From Candidatus Parcubacteria bacterium (lineage in GTDB: Bacteria; Patescibacteriota; Minisyncoccia; Phycocordibacterales; Phycocordibacteraceae), in the NCBI GenBank assembly GCA_034666125.1, contig JAXDML010000007.1, positions 5,270 through 69,269 of the forward strand: 64,000 bases of DNA, written 5' to 3'. Each line of letters opens with the position of its first letter. The stretch's first letter is position 1. The translations under genes were made by a program, and so were the position numbers. Shown piece after piece: positions 18,498 to 27,182 of this stretch. The notes under the pieces were generated by a model that made no database searches, was not told the DNA's origin, and saw nothing but the letters and a program-made list of their open reading frames with translations.

Positions 18498-20291
18498 TTA
18501 CGCTTCCGTATCCGCTACGAAGCTTCCTGCCTGGATGCTCCAGAGCTTGTGATAGAGACCTCCCTTATGATCGAGAAGTTCGTCGTGCGTGCCTCCGGCA
18601 GCGATCCGGCCCTCCTCCATGACGACGATGCGGTCCATGTGCATGATCGTCGAGAGGCGGTGCGCGATGACCAGGACCGTCTTCCCTTCCATGAGCGCCT
18701 TCAGGGCCTCCTGAATGAGGGACTCGGACTCCGAATCGAGGCTCGACGTCGCCTCATCAAGGATGAGGATGGGCGCGTTCTTGAGGATAGCGCGGGCGAT
18801 GGCGACCCGCTGGCGCTCGCCGCCCGAAAGCTTCACGCCGCGTTCGCCGACATGCGTGTCGTAGCCCAGGGGGAACCCCGAGATGAAGTCGTGGCAACGA
18901 GCCTTCTTCGCGGCTTCGTAGACCTCCTCGTCGGTGGCTTCCAGCCGTCCGTACCGGATATTGTCCATGAGGCTTCGGTGGAACAGGATGGGTTCCTGCG
19001 GCACGAAAGCGATGGCCTCGCGGAGGCTGTCCTGCGTGACCTTCGCGATATCCTGCCCGTCGATCCCGATGCTGCCTTCAGTGACGTCATAGAGCCGCAA
19101 CAAGAGCTTCGTGACGGTCGACTTGCCGGCACCGGAGGGACCGACGAGCGCGACCTTCTCGCCCGCGTTGACGTCTAACGTGAAGCCCGAAAGAACGGGA
19201 TGCCCGCCGGTGAACGTGAATCCGACATCCTTCATGTCGATAGTGCCGGCCTTGACCGAGAGCGGCTTCGCTCCCGGCGCGTCCGCGATGCCATGCGGCT
19301 TCTGAAATACCTCGACCATCTCATACGCATCCGCGAAAGCTTCATAGATGCGGCGCATGCTGCTCCCGATGCCCCAGACACGATCGATGAGGCCGATGAC
19401 GTAGATCTGTATGAGCACGAAATCGCCGACCGTGATCAGGCCACGCTGCCAGAGAACGACCGCGGCCACGAGCAAGCCGACCTCGATGACCAGCTCGAAG
19501 AACGCCTGGAAACCGGCTATCCAGGCATCGGCATTCCAGGAACGCATCGTGGCCGCACGCCACCGCTCGACCGTCCTTCCGAAGATCGAATACTCGTGTT
19601 TCCTGGCCGCGAACAGGGTTACCGTGGACTGGTTCGAGACGGCGTCGGACAGCGCACCCATCATCCTGGTGTCCTCTTCGACGCGAGCGGTCCTGAGAGG
19701 TTGCTTCCAGCGCGCGAGCAGGACCTGCAAGGCGACGAAGACGATCGTCCAGACGAGGAGGATGGAACCCAGGAGCATGCTCCTTTGGAACAGCACGAAT
19801 ACGGCGCCGAAGGCGAACACGGTGGTGGAGAGGAAGTTGTACACGAGCGTGTCCAGGATCTGTTCGAACGCACGGGAATAGCGCCCGACCCGGCGGGTAA
19901 GCGCTCCGGCAAAATTGGACACGAAGAAATCGTAGCTATGGCCGAGAAGATACCGGAACGCATCGTTCGAGAGATCGGCCATGATCTTCATCTCGACGCG
20001 ATTGATGGAGAAGACCTGGATGCGGTTCCCGGCCCACTTGCCGAAATGCACGAGGGCGAACATCGCGATGATGCCCAGCAGTATCGACATGGTCGCCGTC
20101 GCGGGATCCTCGGACGCGAGGATATCGATAAGACGCTTGAGATACAGCGGCGCGATGATCGCCAGCAGTTCTATCACGAGGCCGCTCAGGAATACGATCC
20201 CGATGAGCCAGGGATACCTGCGCGCGGCTTTCGCGTACGCCCGTATGACCGGCCACACGCGTGCGACCTTCGTATTCCCTTCGGAAGGCAT
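18498..20291 (-). CDS. ABC exporter, fused permease/ATPase
   Basis: 6-TM domain plus GPSGAGKST, VGERGVKLSGGERQR, LDEATSSLD. Confidence 0.93.
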   Translation of the reverse strand: MPSEGNTKVARVWPVIRAYAKAARRYPWLIGIVFLSGLVIELLAIIAPLYLKRLIDILASEDPATATMSILLGIIAMFALVHFGKWAGNRIQVFSINRVEMKIMADLSNDAFRYLLGHSYDFFVSNFAGALTRRVGRYSRAFEQILDTLVYNFLSTTVFAFGAVFVLFQRSMLLGSILLVWTIVFVALQVLLARWKQPLRTARVEEDTRMMGALSDAVSNQSTVTLFAARKHEYSIFGRTVERWRAATMRSWNADAWIAGFQAFFELVIEVGLLVAAVVLWQRGLITVGDFVLIQIYVIGLIDRVWGIGSSMRRIYEAFADAYEMVEVFQKPHGIADAPGAKPLSVKAGTIDMKDVGFTFTGGHPVLSGFTLDVNAGEKVALVGPSGAGKSTVTKLLLRLYDVTEGSIGIDGQDIAKVTQDSLREAIAFVPQEPILFHRSLMDNIRYGRLEATDEEVYEAAKKARCHDFISGFPLGYDTHVGERGVKLSGGERQRVAIARAILKNAPILILDEATSSLDSESESLIQEALKALMEGKTVLVIAHRLSTIMHMDRIVVMEEGRIAAGGTHDELLDHKGGLYHKLWSIQAGSFVADTEA

Positions 20292-20321
20292 AAGTCGTTA
20301 TTATACAACGTTTCAGCTGTG

Positions 20322-20362
20322 CGTAAAAGAACGCGGCGCCCTCGGCGCCGCGTTCTTTTACG
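20322..20362. terminator. Bidirectional hairpin terminator
   Basis: CGTAAAAGAACGCGGCGCC/GGCGCCGCGTTCTTTTACG. Confidence 0.7.
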
Positions 20363-20377
20363 TCGTGCGAACGGAAC

Positions 20378-20797
20378 CTACACTCTCAGCGCTCTTCCCA
20401 ATGCCCACTTGCCGGGACCCGTGATCGCGAGCGACACGCAGGCGGCGAAGATGAGGATGATGAACTCGTAGCCGCCCTCCGCGATGAAGAAGCCGCTGGA
20501 CATGTGCACGGTGAGGAAGGCGATGAGCGCGACGAAGGCGAGGATCTTCGCCACCCAGTGCGTAAGCACCCCGAGGATGAGCAGGAGGCCGCCGCCGAGC
20601 TCCGCCGCGACCAGAAGCACGGCCATGAGCATCGGCGCCGGGAAGCCGAGGCCTCCGAGGAACGTTGCGACGCCATCGAGGCCGCCGCCGAGCTTCTGCC
20701 AGCCGTGCATCGCGAAGATGAGGCCGGTCGCGACGCGGAGGACGAGAGGCGCGATCCCTCCCATCTGGTCAGTGCATGTGCATTTCAATATGTTCAT
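20378..20797 (-). CDS. DoxX family membrane protein
   Basis: LRVATGLIFAMHGWQK, ELGGGLLLILG, GGYEF, GPGKWAL. Confidence 0.9.
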   Translation of the reverse strand: MNILKCTCTDQMGGIAPLVLRVATGLIFAMHGWQKLGGGLDGVATFLGGLGFPAPMLMAVLLVAAELGGGLLLILGVLTHWVAKILAFVALIAFLTVHMSSGFFIAEGGYEFIILIFAACVSLAITGPGKWALGRALRV

Positions 20798-20884
20798 ATC
20801 GTTCTATTAGGGTATGCCCCCATTGTACCCCATACGGAGGCACGGCCGCGGGAAGATTTCCCGCGGCCGTGCTGCTTCTGCTAT

Positions 20885-21952
20885 TTAGATGACCGAAAGG
20901 ATCCGGGCCCTCGTGAGCGGGCCGAAGTAGCCGCTTGCGGGGCTGATGCCTGCCTTCGTCTGGTACTCGACCAGTGCACGCTGCGTGACCGGGCCGAAGT
21001 AGCCCGTCGCGCCTGCATCGAGAAGCGCCTTGGCTGCGGTACCGCTCTCTTCGGCTATCAGGAATGCCTGGAGAGAGGAGACGTCGCTTCCCCGCGATCC
21101 GAGCGTGAGGTCGCGCGCGAACGGCGTGCTGCCGGAGGGGACCGTTCCGGCGGCGACTATCGCGGGCGTGCCGAGCTCCTGCTCTATATCCTTGGTGAGC
21201 TTAACGCCCGCCGCGCGCGCCGCTATAAGGACGCTGCGATTGGCGGTGATGATATCCTCCGCGTCATCGTCATCGGCGTCCTTGATGATCTGTACGAGCG
21301 CTTCGCCGCGTTCTTTCGTAGTGAATTCGCGCGTCAGACGGGGGTACGGATCGGTCGCCTCCCGGCCGTCGCGTACCTCGAAGTGGAGGTGCGTCGCGCC
21401 GCCGGACGCGTTCCCGGTATTGCCAACCAGACCGATAAGATCGCCCGGCTTGAGCACGTCGCCGCGCTTCACCTCGATCTCGTCCAGGTGCATGTACGCG
21501 AATCGTTCGCCGCCCGGGTTCGCGGTATAGACGTACTTGCCTGCACTCGAACCGCTGCCGGTGCTCGTCACGACGGCGTCGGTCGGCGAGACGACGTACG
21601 CGCCTCTCGGAGCCATGATGTCGAGTCCTTCGTGAGAACGGCTGCCGCCGTCGCGGGGATCGGCGAAGTTCTTGGTGAGGTTCCGGAGTGCGATTCCCGT
21701 GAGTATCGGTATCGGCATCTTCTCGACCTTGTCGTCATCGAGGTCCTGTATCTTGCGGCTGTCGCTTGAGGAAACGCGTCCGTAGCCGTAATCGCTCGAG
21801 CCGCGCGTACCTGCGCGTGCAAGAAGCTCGCCATATGAGCTAGTATTGGCGGATGAGCTTGGTTCTGCCGCGCGGATAGGCGACGGGACGGAACCGAGCA
21901 CGAGAACGAGTGCAAAAGAAAAGCCTCCTGCACGGATGAGGTTTGACTTCAT
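20885..21952 (-). CDS. M23 peptidase with C-terminal peptidoglycan-binding domain
   Basis: HEGLDI, YMHL, VGNTGNA, HLHFE; DLTLGSRGSDVSSLQ...GYFGPLTRA. Confidence 0.9.
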   Translation of the reverse strand: MKSNLIRAGGFSFALVLVLGSVPSPIRAAEPSSSANTSSYGELLARAGTRGSSDYGYGRVSSSDSRKIQDLDDDKVEKMPIPILTGIALRNLTKNFADPRDGGSRSHEGLDIMAPRGAYVVSPTDAVVTSTGSGSSAGKYVYTANPGGERFAYMHLDEIEVKRGDVLKPGDLIGLVGNTGNASGGATHLHFEVRDGREATDPYPRLTREFTTKERGEALVQIIKDADDDDAEDIITANRSVLIAARAAGVKLTKDIEQELGTPAIVAAGTVPSGSTPFARDLTLGSRGSDVSSLQAFLIAEESGTAAKALLDAGATGYFGPVTQRALVEYQTKAGISPASGYFGPLTRARILSVI

Positions 21953-22093
21953 GAAGTAATGGTTACTGGTCTTACGTAATATAGACGATGAGGAGACTTA
22001 TTTCTTAGCGCGTGTGCGGTCGTCATGAAAAAGTATACCGTACGGATCGTGACGGCTTCCTGAAGTACTTATAAAAGCAAACTCGAGACCGGA

Positions 22094-22549
22094 TTACGCG
22101 TTCGCTACTTGCTTAGACATGGCGAAGACGCGGTATCCGGCGAACGCGCCATCGCGATAGCGCGGGGTGACGCAGCTCTCGATGAGACGTTCTCCTCCGT
22201 CACGAAGCGGGAGCACCACGTCCGACAGTTGGTAGGTCCTCTCGGACCCGCTGCTCGGCGTTTCCCGCTCCGGCGCGTCGCGCAGGAGCGGGAACAGTTC
22301 GGTGATCGGACGTCCGATAAGGTACTCCCGGTCGTAGCCGAGCACGCTCTCGGTATCGCCGGACATGGATGTCACGCAGGCGTTAGCGTCGCTTTCGACC
22401 AACGCGTACGGGTGGATGTCCGAGAGCCCCCAAGTTGTCAGGTTCCCGCATCGCCGGCATTTCACTTCGACGATGCACTGGCAAAGCAGCCCCTTGAAGA
22501 GGAGCTTCCCGCACGTACATCGGCATTCGGTAAGTAGGTTGGAACTCAT
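22094..22549 (-). CDS. Com-like Zn-ribbon fused to a PAS domain
   Basis: CRCTCGKLL...VEVKCRRCG followed by PAS-like ESVLGYDREYLIGRPITELFP and RDG. Confidence 0.75.
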   Translation of the reverse strand: MSSNLLTECRCTCGKLLFKGLLCQCIVEVKCRRCGNLTTWGLSDIHPYALVESDANACVTSMSGDTESVLGYDREYLIGRPITELFPLLRDAPERETPSSGSERTYQLSDVVLPLRDGGERLIESCVTPRYRDGAFAGYRVFAMSKQVANA

Positions 22550-22584
22550 AGTTCTCAAAGCGATCGAACCTGGCTTATGGGGAA

Positions 22585-22640
22585 AGTATAGGAAAAGGGG
22601 TCTCAAGATTTCCTTAAGATTTTCGAAAGAATTTCTTAAG
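22585..22640 (-). promoter_or_regulatory. Promoter with 11-bp tandem direct repeats (candidate OmpR/PhoB-type box)
   Basis: CTTAAGAAATT-CTTTCGAAAAT-CTTAAGGAAAT-CTTGAGA across the -35 region, then TATACT at 22590-22585. Confidence 0.65.
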
Positions 22641-22652
22641 TGGGGATAACCT

Positions 22653-24026
22653 TCAGACGTTCAAGGCTTCAAGGAAGCCGGTACTTTTGCGTTGTTCGCG
22701 GAGCGCTTTCGTGGCGATCGCCTCGTTCCGCCCTATGAACTCACGAAGCGGCTCGGGATGCTCTATGGACGCGAGCAAGCCGAGCACCCGTTCCGAAAGG
22801 CCCGTATGCAGAAGCACGGATTCGCAGAGCGGCACGAGGGCCTCGAACCAGAACAGACGTTCAAGTTCCGGCATATCACGTACGAGATCCAGGTCCGTGC
22901 GCTCCGGATACGCGTCCTTCCACGCCTTCAGAAGTAGCGCGACCGCAGTCGATATATGTCCGCGCGCTAGGTCCTCCTTCCAGTCATGCGCGTCGTCGTT
23001 CAGCTGCATGGCAATGAGGTAATGCTTGAAGTAGTCGATCAGTCCTTCGGCCTCTGCGGAATCGGGCGCGTAGCCGAGCTCCACGAGCATCGCCACGGGT
23101 CCGAGCACATGCCCGGCGGCCGGATAGAACTTGATCGTATAGTCGCCGTAGTCCGGCAACTGTTCTGGAACAGTAATGATGCTGCCGTCGCGCTCTAGGC
23201 GGCATGAGAGCATCTCCCACTCGTTCGCCGCGTCGAGCTTGTCCATGAGTCCGTGGAAGAAGGCGGCGAAGCCGCTCTCGTGCGGCAGGAGCGTTTCGAA
23301 AAACCGGACGTAGTGGCGTGTGAAGAGGTTCGCGACGGGCAGGAGCCTCGGTTCGGCAGCCTCGTCCTCATCCCAGAAATCGTCGTAGATGATGAACGCG
23401 GTCCAGAAGAACACGTTCGCGAGTCCGAACTCGGCCAGGTGGTCGTCGCTAAACCGATTCCCCTTCTCTCCGAGCGCGTCACGCATATAAAGCGTCATCA
23501 GGGACATCTGCTTATCGGGATTGCCGCGCATGGTCCGCTCGATCACCTCGAGCGCATTCTCGGCGAAGGCATCGGGAAGATCGGCGAAGCGTGCCCCTGC
23601 CGCGCGGCGCAGGGCGTCGAGTACCGCGGTCTCATGCGCGTCGAAGCTCGGTCCGGACGTTCCTTCAGGAGCCGGAGCTTCACGTAAACGGCGGTCCTGC
23701 TCGAGCAGCGCGGCAAGGGTCGGGTCATCGAGGACGGCGGAACGTGCGGCTCCTGCGGCAATGCGTTCATCGATAAAGGCATCGAGATTCGGGAGCCGGA
23801 CTCCATGCAGGCCGAGGAAGACGGCGACGGCGGCATTGAGGCCGAGATCCGGGTCGCCGTGCGTGCCGCCGGGAGTAAGGGCGTACGGACCGCCCGCCTC
23901 AACCTCATGACCGACCAGGCGGTTCAGGGTACGCGCAAGCAGCGCGCCGTCCGCGACGAGCTCGTCGCGGGGCGAAGCGATGCATGAAAGGAGTTCCGTA
24001 AGAAGCGGGGGTGCGTGATTCCGCAT
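22653..24026 (-). CDS. Class I isoprenoid synthase-fold prenyltransferase (ComQ-like candidate) with N-terminal extension
   Basis: Asp-rich motifs IIYDDFWDED and MQLNDDAHDWKEDL; N-terminal EAGGPY...DPDLGLNA. Confidence 0.8.
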   Translation of the reverse strand: MRNHAPPLLTELLSCIASPRDELVADGALLARTLNRLVGHEVEAGGPYALTPGGTHGDPDLGLNAAVAVFLGLHGVRLPNLDAFIDERIAAGAARSAVLDDPTLAALLEQDRRLREAPAPEGTSGPSFDAHETAVLDALRRAAGARFADLPDAFAENALEVIERTMRGNPDKQMSLMTLYMRDALGEKGNRFSDDHLAEFGLANVFFWTAFIIYDDFWDEDEAAEPRLLPVANLFTRHYVRFFETLLPHESGFAAFFHGLMDKLDAANEWEMLSCRLERDGSIITVPEQLPDYGDYTIKFYPAAGHVLGPVAMLVELGYAPDSAEAEGLIDYFKHYLIAMQLNDDAHDWKEDLARGHISTAVALLLKAWKDAYPERTDLDLVRDMPELERLFWFEALVPLCESVLLHTGLSERVLGLLASIEHPEPLREFIGRNEAIATKALREQRKSTGFLEALNV

Positions 24027-24062
24027 GGTCGTCGGCGCGTACGCGCCGGAAGCGATCGGAAC

Positions 24063-25472
24063 TCAGAGTTCTCGTACCGGTAAGTATACCGTGAAGGCGG
24101 AGCCTTGCCCGACACGGCTCTCCACGGTGAGCGTCCCGCCGAAGTCCTTCTCCGTGATGCGCTTCGCGAGCGACAGCCCGATGCCGATGCCCTTCGACGC
24201 GGCCTTGGTGGTGAAGAACGGCTCGAATATGTTCGCGAGGTTCTCTTCCGGGATGCCGGAGCCCCGGTCGCGCACGCTGACGCGTACGCCGGATGCATCG
24301 CCCCGGATCGTTATCACGACTTCGCGCCCGTCCGCCTTCTCCGTAATTCCGAGAGGATACGATTGCACGGCGTTCGAGATGAGATTCGTCACGACCTGCG
24401 TGAACGCGGTCGAGTCGCCGTAGGTCATGACGGCATCCGGTCCCGCATCGAGCGAAAGCCGCACGCCCTGCGTCCGCGCATATGAGGAGAGTATATGGAT
24501 GGCGTTCTCAAGGAGGTCGCGTACCGAGAAGACTTCCTCGCTTTTTTCATGACTGAGGTGCCGTCGCATGGATTCCATGAGCTTCTGCATATGCGCGGCG
24601 GCACGCTTCGCCCGACCGATGTCCTCGGAGAGCGCGGTGCGCGTGCCCGGTGCGTCCGCGATGCGGTCGATATTGAGTGAGAGCGCGGCGAGCGGGTTCA
24701 TGAGGTCGTGGAAGATGCCGCCGGCAAGCCGTCCGAACTCCACGAAATGATACGCCTGGCTCATCTTCTCCATCTCCGCCTGCCGCAGCTCGCGCGTACG
24801 CTCCTCGACCCGCACCTCGAGCGTATCGCGTTCCTGCTTCAGCTCGGCTTCGGACCTACGGGCTCGCCTGAGCGATTTCTCTATCTCGCGATTCGAGAGC
24901 CAGGAGACAGTGGCGACGATCAGGTAGATGATGACGATCATCACGACGTCGCTCCAGGTCCATAGGCTGTTCTTCCAATACGCGTTTATCGGAACGATTC
25001 CCGCGTACTGCAGGTACCCCGTCAGGATCATGGTCGCGGCGATGAGCACCGTGGCGAAGAAGGCGACGCGGGTGCTGATGAGGACCCCGGCCATCACGAT
25101 GACGAGCGGGTAGAAGACGATCTGCGCCGGTACGTCGACGCCCCAGGTGTAGCCCATGTACGCGGTAAGCGCGAAGAATGTGCCTAGCAGCACATAGGAC
25201 GCAAGCGTCACATGCTTCCTTCGCGAGAGGCCGTAGAGGAACAGGAAGAAGGCGAAAAGACCGTAGATCACCGCAGAATGGAGCGAGTTCGCCGCATAGG
25301 ACACCGGATCGGCAAAGAGACGGTCGGCGATATCGATACATACGGCGGCGAAAAGCAGCGCGAGCGCGCCGAGCAGGAGCACGTTCAGTATGAATTCCCG
25401 ACGCGCCATGTCCTCATTGCGGGACTTGGGGAACGTGAATTTGTTAAAAAATAAGGGAAGAGGGTTCGACAT
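24063..25472 (-). CDS. Membrane sensor histidine kinase
   Basis: About 6 TM helices; HDLMNPL, NLISNA, DRGSGI, FEPFFTTK, GIGIGLSL. Confidence 0.92.
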   Translation of the reverse strand: MSNPLPLFFNKFTFPKSRNEDMARREFILNVLLLGALALLFAAVCIDIADRLFADPVSYAANSLHSAVIYGLFAFFLFLYGLSRRKHVTLASYVLLGTFFALTAYMGYTWGVDVPAQIVFYPLVIVMAGVLISTRVAFFATVLIAATMILTGYLQYAGIVPINAYWKNSLWTWSDVVMIVIIYLIVATVSWLSNREIEKSLRRARRSEAELKQERDTLEVRVEERTRELRQAEMEKMSQAYHFVEFGRLAGGIFHDLMNPLAALSLNIDRIADAPGTRTALSEDIGRAKRAAAHMQKLMESMRRHLSHEKSEEVFSVRDLLENAIHILSSYARTQGVRLSLDAGPDAVMTYGDSTAFTQVVTNLISNAVQSYPLGITEKADGREVVITIRGDASGVRVSVRDRGSGIPEENLANIFEPFFTTKAASKGIGIGLSLAKRITEKDFGGTLTVESRVGQGSAFTVYLPVREL

Positions 25473-25516
25473 GTCCTGCAGTATCGGGCGTCGATGCGCC
25501 TCAAAAAACGCTTAGG

Positions 25517-25630
25517 CTAAGCTCCGTTCCAAGGGCCCCCCACGCTCACTGACGTAACCAGGAGCGCGGCGAGCGCGGCATTGTTCCTGGCGGCCTTGTC
25601 GGTCAGGAATCTCGAAATGACGTCTATCAT
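25517..25630 (-). CDS. 37-aa ComX-like peptide precursor
   Basis: MIDVISRFLTDKAARNNAALAALLVTSVSVGGPWNGA; only Trp is 4th from the end; TATACT at 25676-25671; weak hairpin plus T6 after the stop. Confidence 0.7.
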   Translation of the reverse strand: MIDVISRFLTDKAARNNAALAALLVTSVSVGGPWNGA

Positions 25631-25679
25631 ATGCGCATATGTGATTGTCTCGTAATGGTCGACCAGTCTCAGTATATCG

Positions 25680-26336
25680 CTAGTCGACCACATACCCCCG
25701 GCCGTGCATCGTACGGATCGGGTCCGGTTCCCCGAGCTTTTTCCGCAGGTTCGCCATGTGGGTATCGAGCGCATTCGAGAACGAATCGCTCGAAGCGTCC
25801 CATGCATGCTCGATGAGACGGCTCTTGGGGACGACCGTTCCGCGATGCCGCATGAGGTAGCTGAGAAGCATGAACTCCTTCCGGGTAAGGGCGAGCGGTT
25901 CCCCCTCACGCGTCACGACCTGCCTCCCGGTATCGAGGGTCAGGTTCCCCGTCGAAAGCACGTCATGGGTGAGTTCGTGCGGACGCCGCAACAGCGCCCG
26001 CATGCGCGCGACCAACTCCTCGAAGGAGAACGGCTTCGCGAGGTAGTCGTCGGCGCCCGCGGAAAGCAGGCGGACCTTCGAATCGGCGTCCCCGACGACC
26101 GTGAGCATGAGTATGGGCGGGACGCGCGTATCCGTCTGAAGTTCAGCGACCACCGCCTCGCCCGGCATGTCCGGAAGGTTAAGGTCCAGCAAGAGCAGAT
26201 CGTATTCGTTAGTGCGCGCAAGGCCGAGACCGTCCGCGCCCGTTCCCGCGCCGTCCACGACGAACCCGCGAGCCGGCAAGTGGGCCCGGAGGAAGCCGAG
26301 CATCTCCGGGTCGTCCTCTATGATCAGGATCCTCAT
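25680..26336 (-). CDS. OmpR/PhoB-family response regulator
   Basis: IIEDD, LLDLNLP, GADDYLAKPF; winged helix LTRKEF...IRTMHGRGY. Confidence 0.93.
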   Translation of the reverse strand: MRILIIEDDPEMLGFLRAHLPARGFVVDGAGTGADGLGLARTNEYDLLLLDLNLPDMPGEAVVAELQTDTRVPPILMLTVVGDADSKVRLLSAGADDYLAKPFSFEELVARMRALLRRPHELTHDVLSTGNLTLDTGRQVVTREGEPLALTRKEFMLLSYLMRHRGTVVPKSRLIEHAWDASSDSFSNALDTHMANLRKKLGEPDPIRTMHGRGYVVD

Positions 26337-26371
26337 GTCTTTTCAGTATATCGGTACGATGAAAAAGCCGC

Positions 26372-26878
26372 TTACGCCTTCTGGGTGACGCGGTCGAAGG
26401 CGACCTTGAACCAGTACGTATAGTCCTCCGGATGCTCCTTCATGTCCCTGCGCAGTTCCGGTATGTCCATCCATACCCAGTCGTCCACTTCTTCCGGGTT
26501 CGGGGCGGGCAGATCATCCGACCTGCCCACGAACACGTGGTCGTATTCATGCTCGATCAGGCCGTTCGGGAACGGCGCGCGGTATATGAAGGCATGCGTC
26601 TCGCGGAGGTCGCAATCGATGCCCATCTCTTCCCTGAGGCGCCGGTGCGCCGCCGCTTCCACGGGCTCCCCCGGCCGCGGATGGCTGCAGCAGGCGTTCG
26701 ACCAAAGACCTCCGGAATGGTATTTACCCGCGGCACGGCGCTGCAGGAGCATGCGTCCGTCCGAATGGAAGATGAAGACGGAGAAAGCGCGATGGAGCCG
26801 GCCCTGCGCGTGCGCGGCAAGCTTCTCCATCGTGCCGATCTGCGTATCGTGTTCGTCGACGAGGATGACGTCGTCCAT
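26372..26878 (-). CDS. idi: Isopentenyl-diphosphate delta-isomerase type 1
   Basis: LHRAFSVFIF, WSNACCSHP, EHEYDHVF, YTYWF. Confidence 0.93.
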   Translation of the reverse strand: MDDVILVDEHDTQIGTMEKLAAHAQGRLHRAFSVFIFHSDGRMLLQRRAAGKYHSGGLWSNACCSHPRPGEPVEAAAHRRLREEMGIDCDLRETHAFIYRAPFPNGLIEHEYDHVFVGRSDDLPAPNPEEVDDWVWMDIPELRRDMKEHPEDYTYWFKVAFDRVTQKA

Positions 26879-27182
26879 AGCAAGTGCGTGACTGCTAATG
26901 AACGAACGTCGGGCGCTTCGCCGATCACGGGATCGGGTTCCTGTTCAGGATAGCACCGCTATTTCCGCATTCGCGGGGTTGTCCGCCCTCACCCAAGCTC
27001 GCTAAACCATTCCTTCCAGACCGGCTCGATGCCGACACCATCCCCTCCGGCCTGGAGGGTATCCCCGGCAACCAGGTCCCGTAACTGCTTTTCGTCGGGC
27101 GATTTAGAGGTGAGCCAATAGGGACAGGAGCATCCCAAATTAGTCTGGACTTTCATAAGGATCTCCTTTCGCCTTAGATACT

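Noticed and set aside
18498-20291. ABC exporter as the dedicated peptide-processing transporter
   Set aside because: No C39 peptidase domain; separated from the cluster by two genes and terminators; no evidence of linkage.
25517-25909. 130-aa ORF in the track overlapping the response regulator
   Set aside because: Its first part is an alternate frame of the regulator; only the last 37 codons (ATG 25630) look like a real gene.
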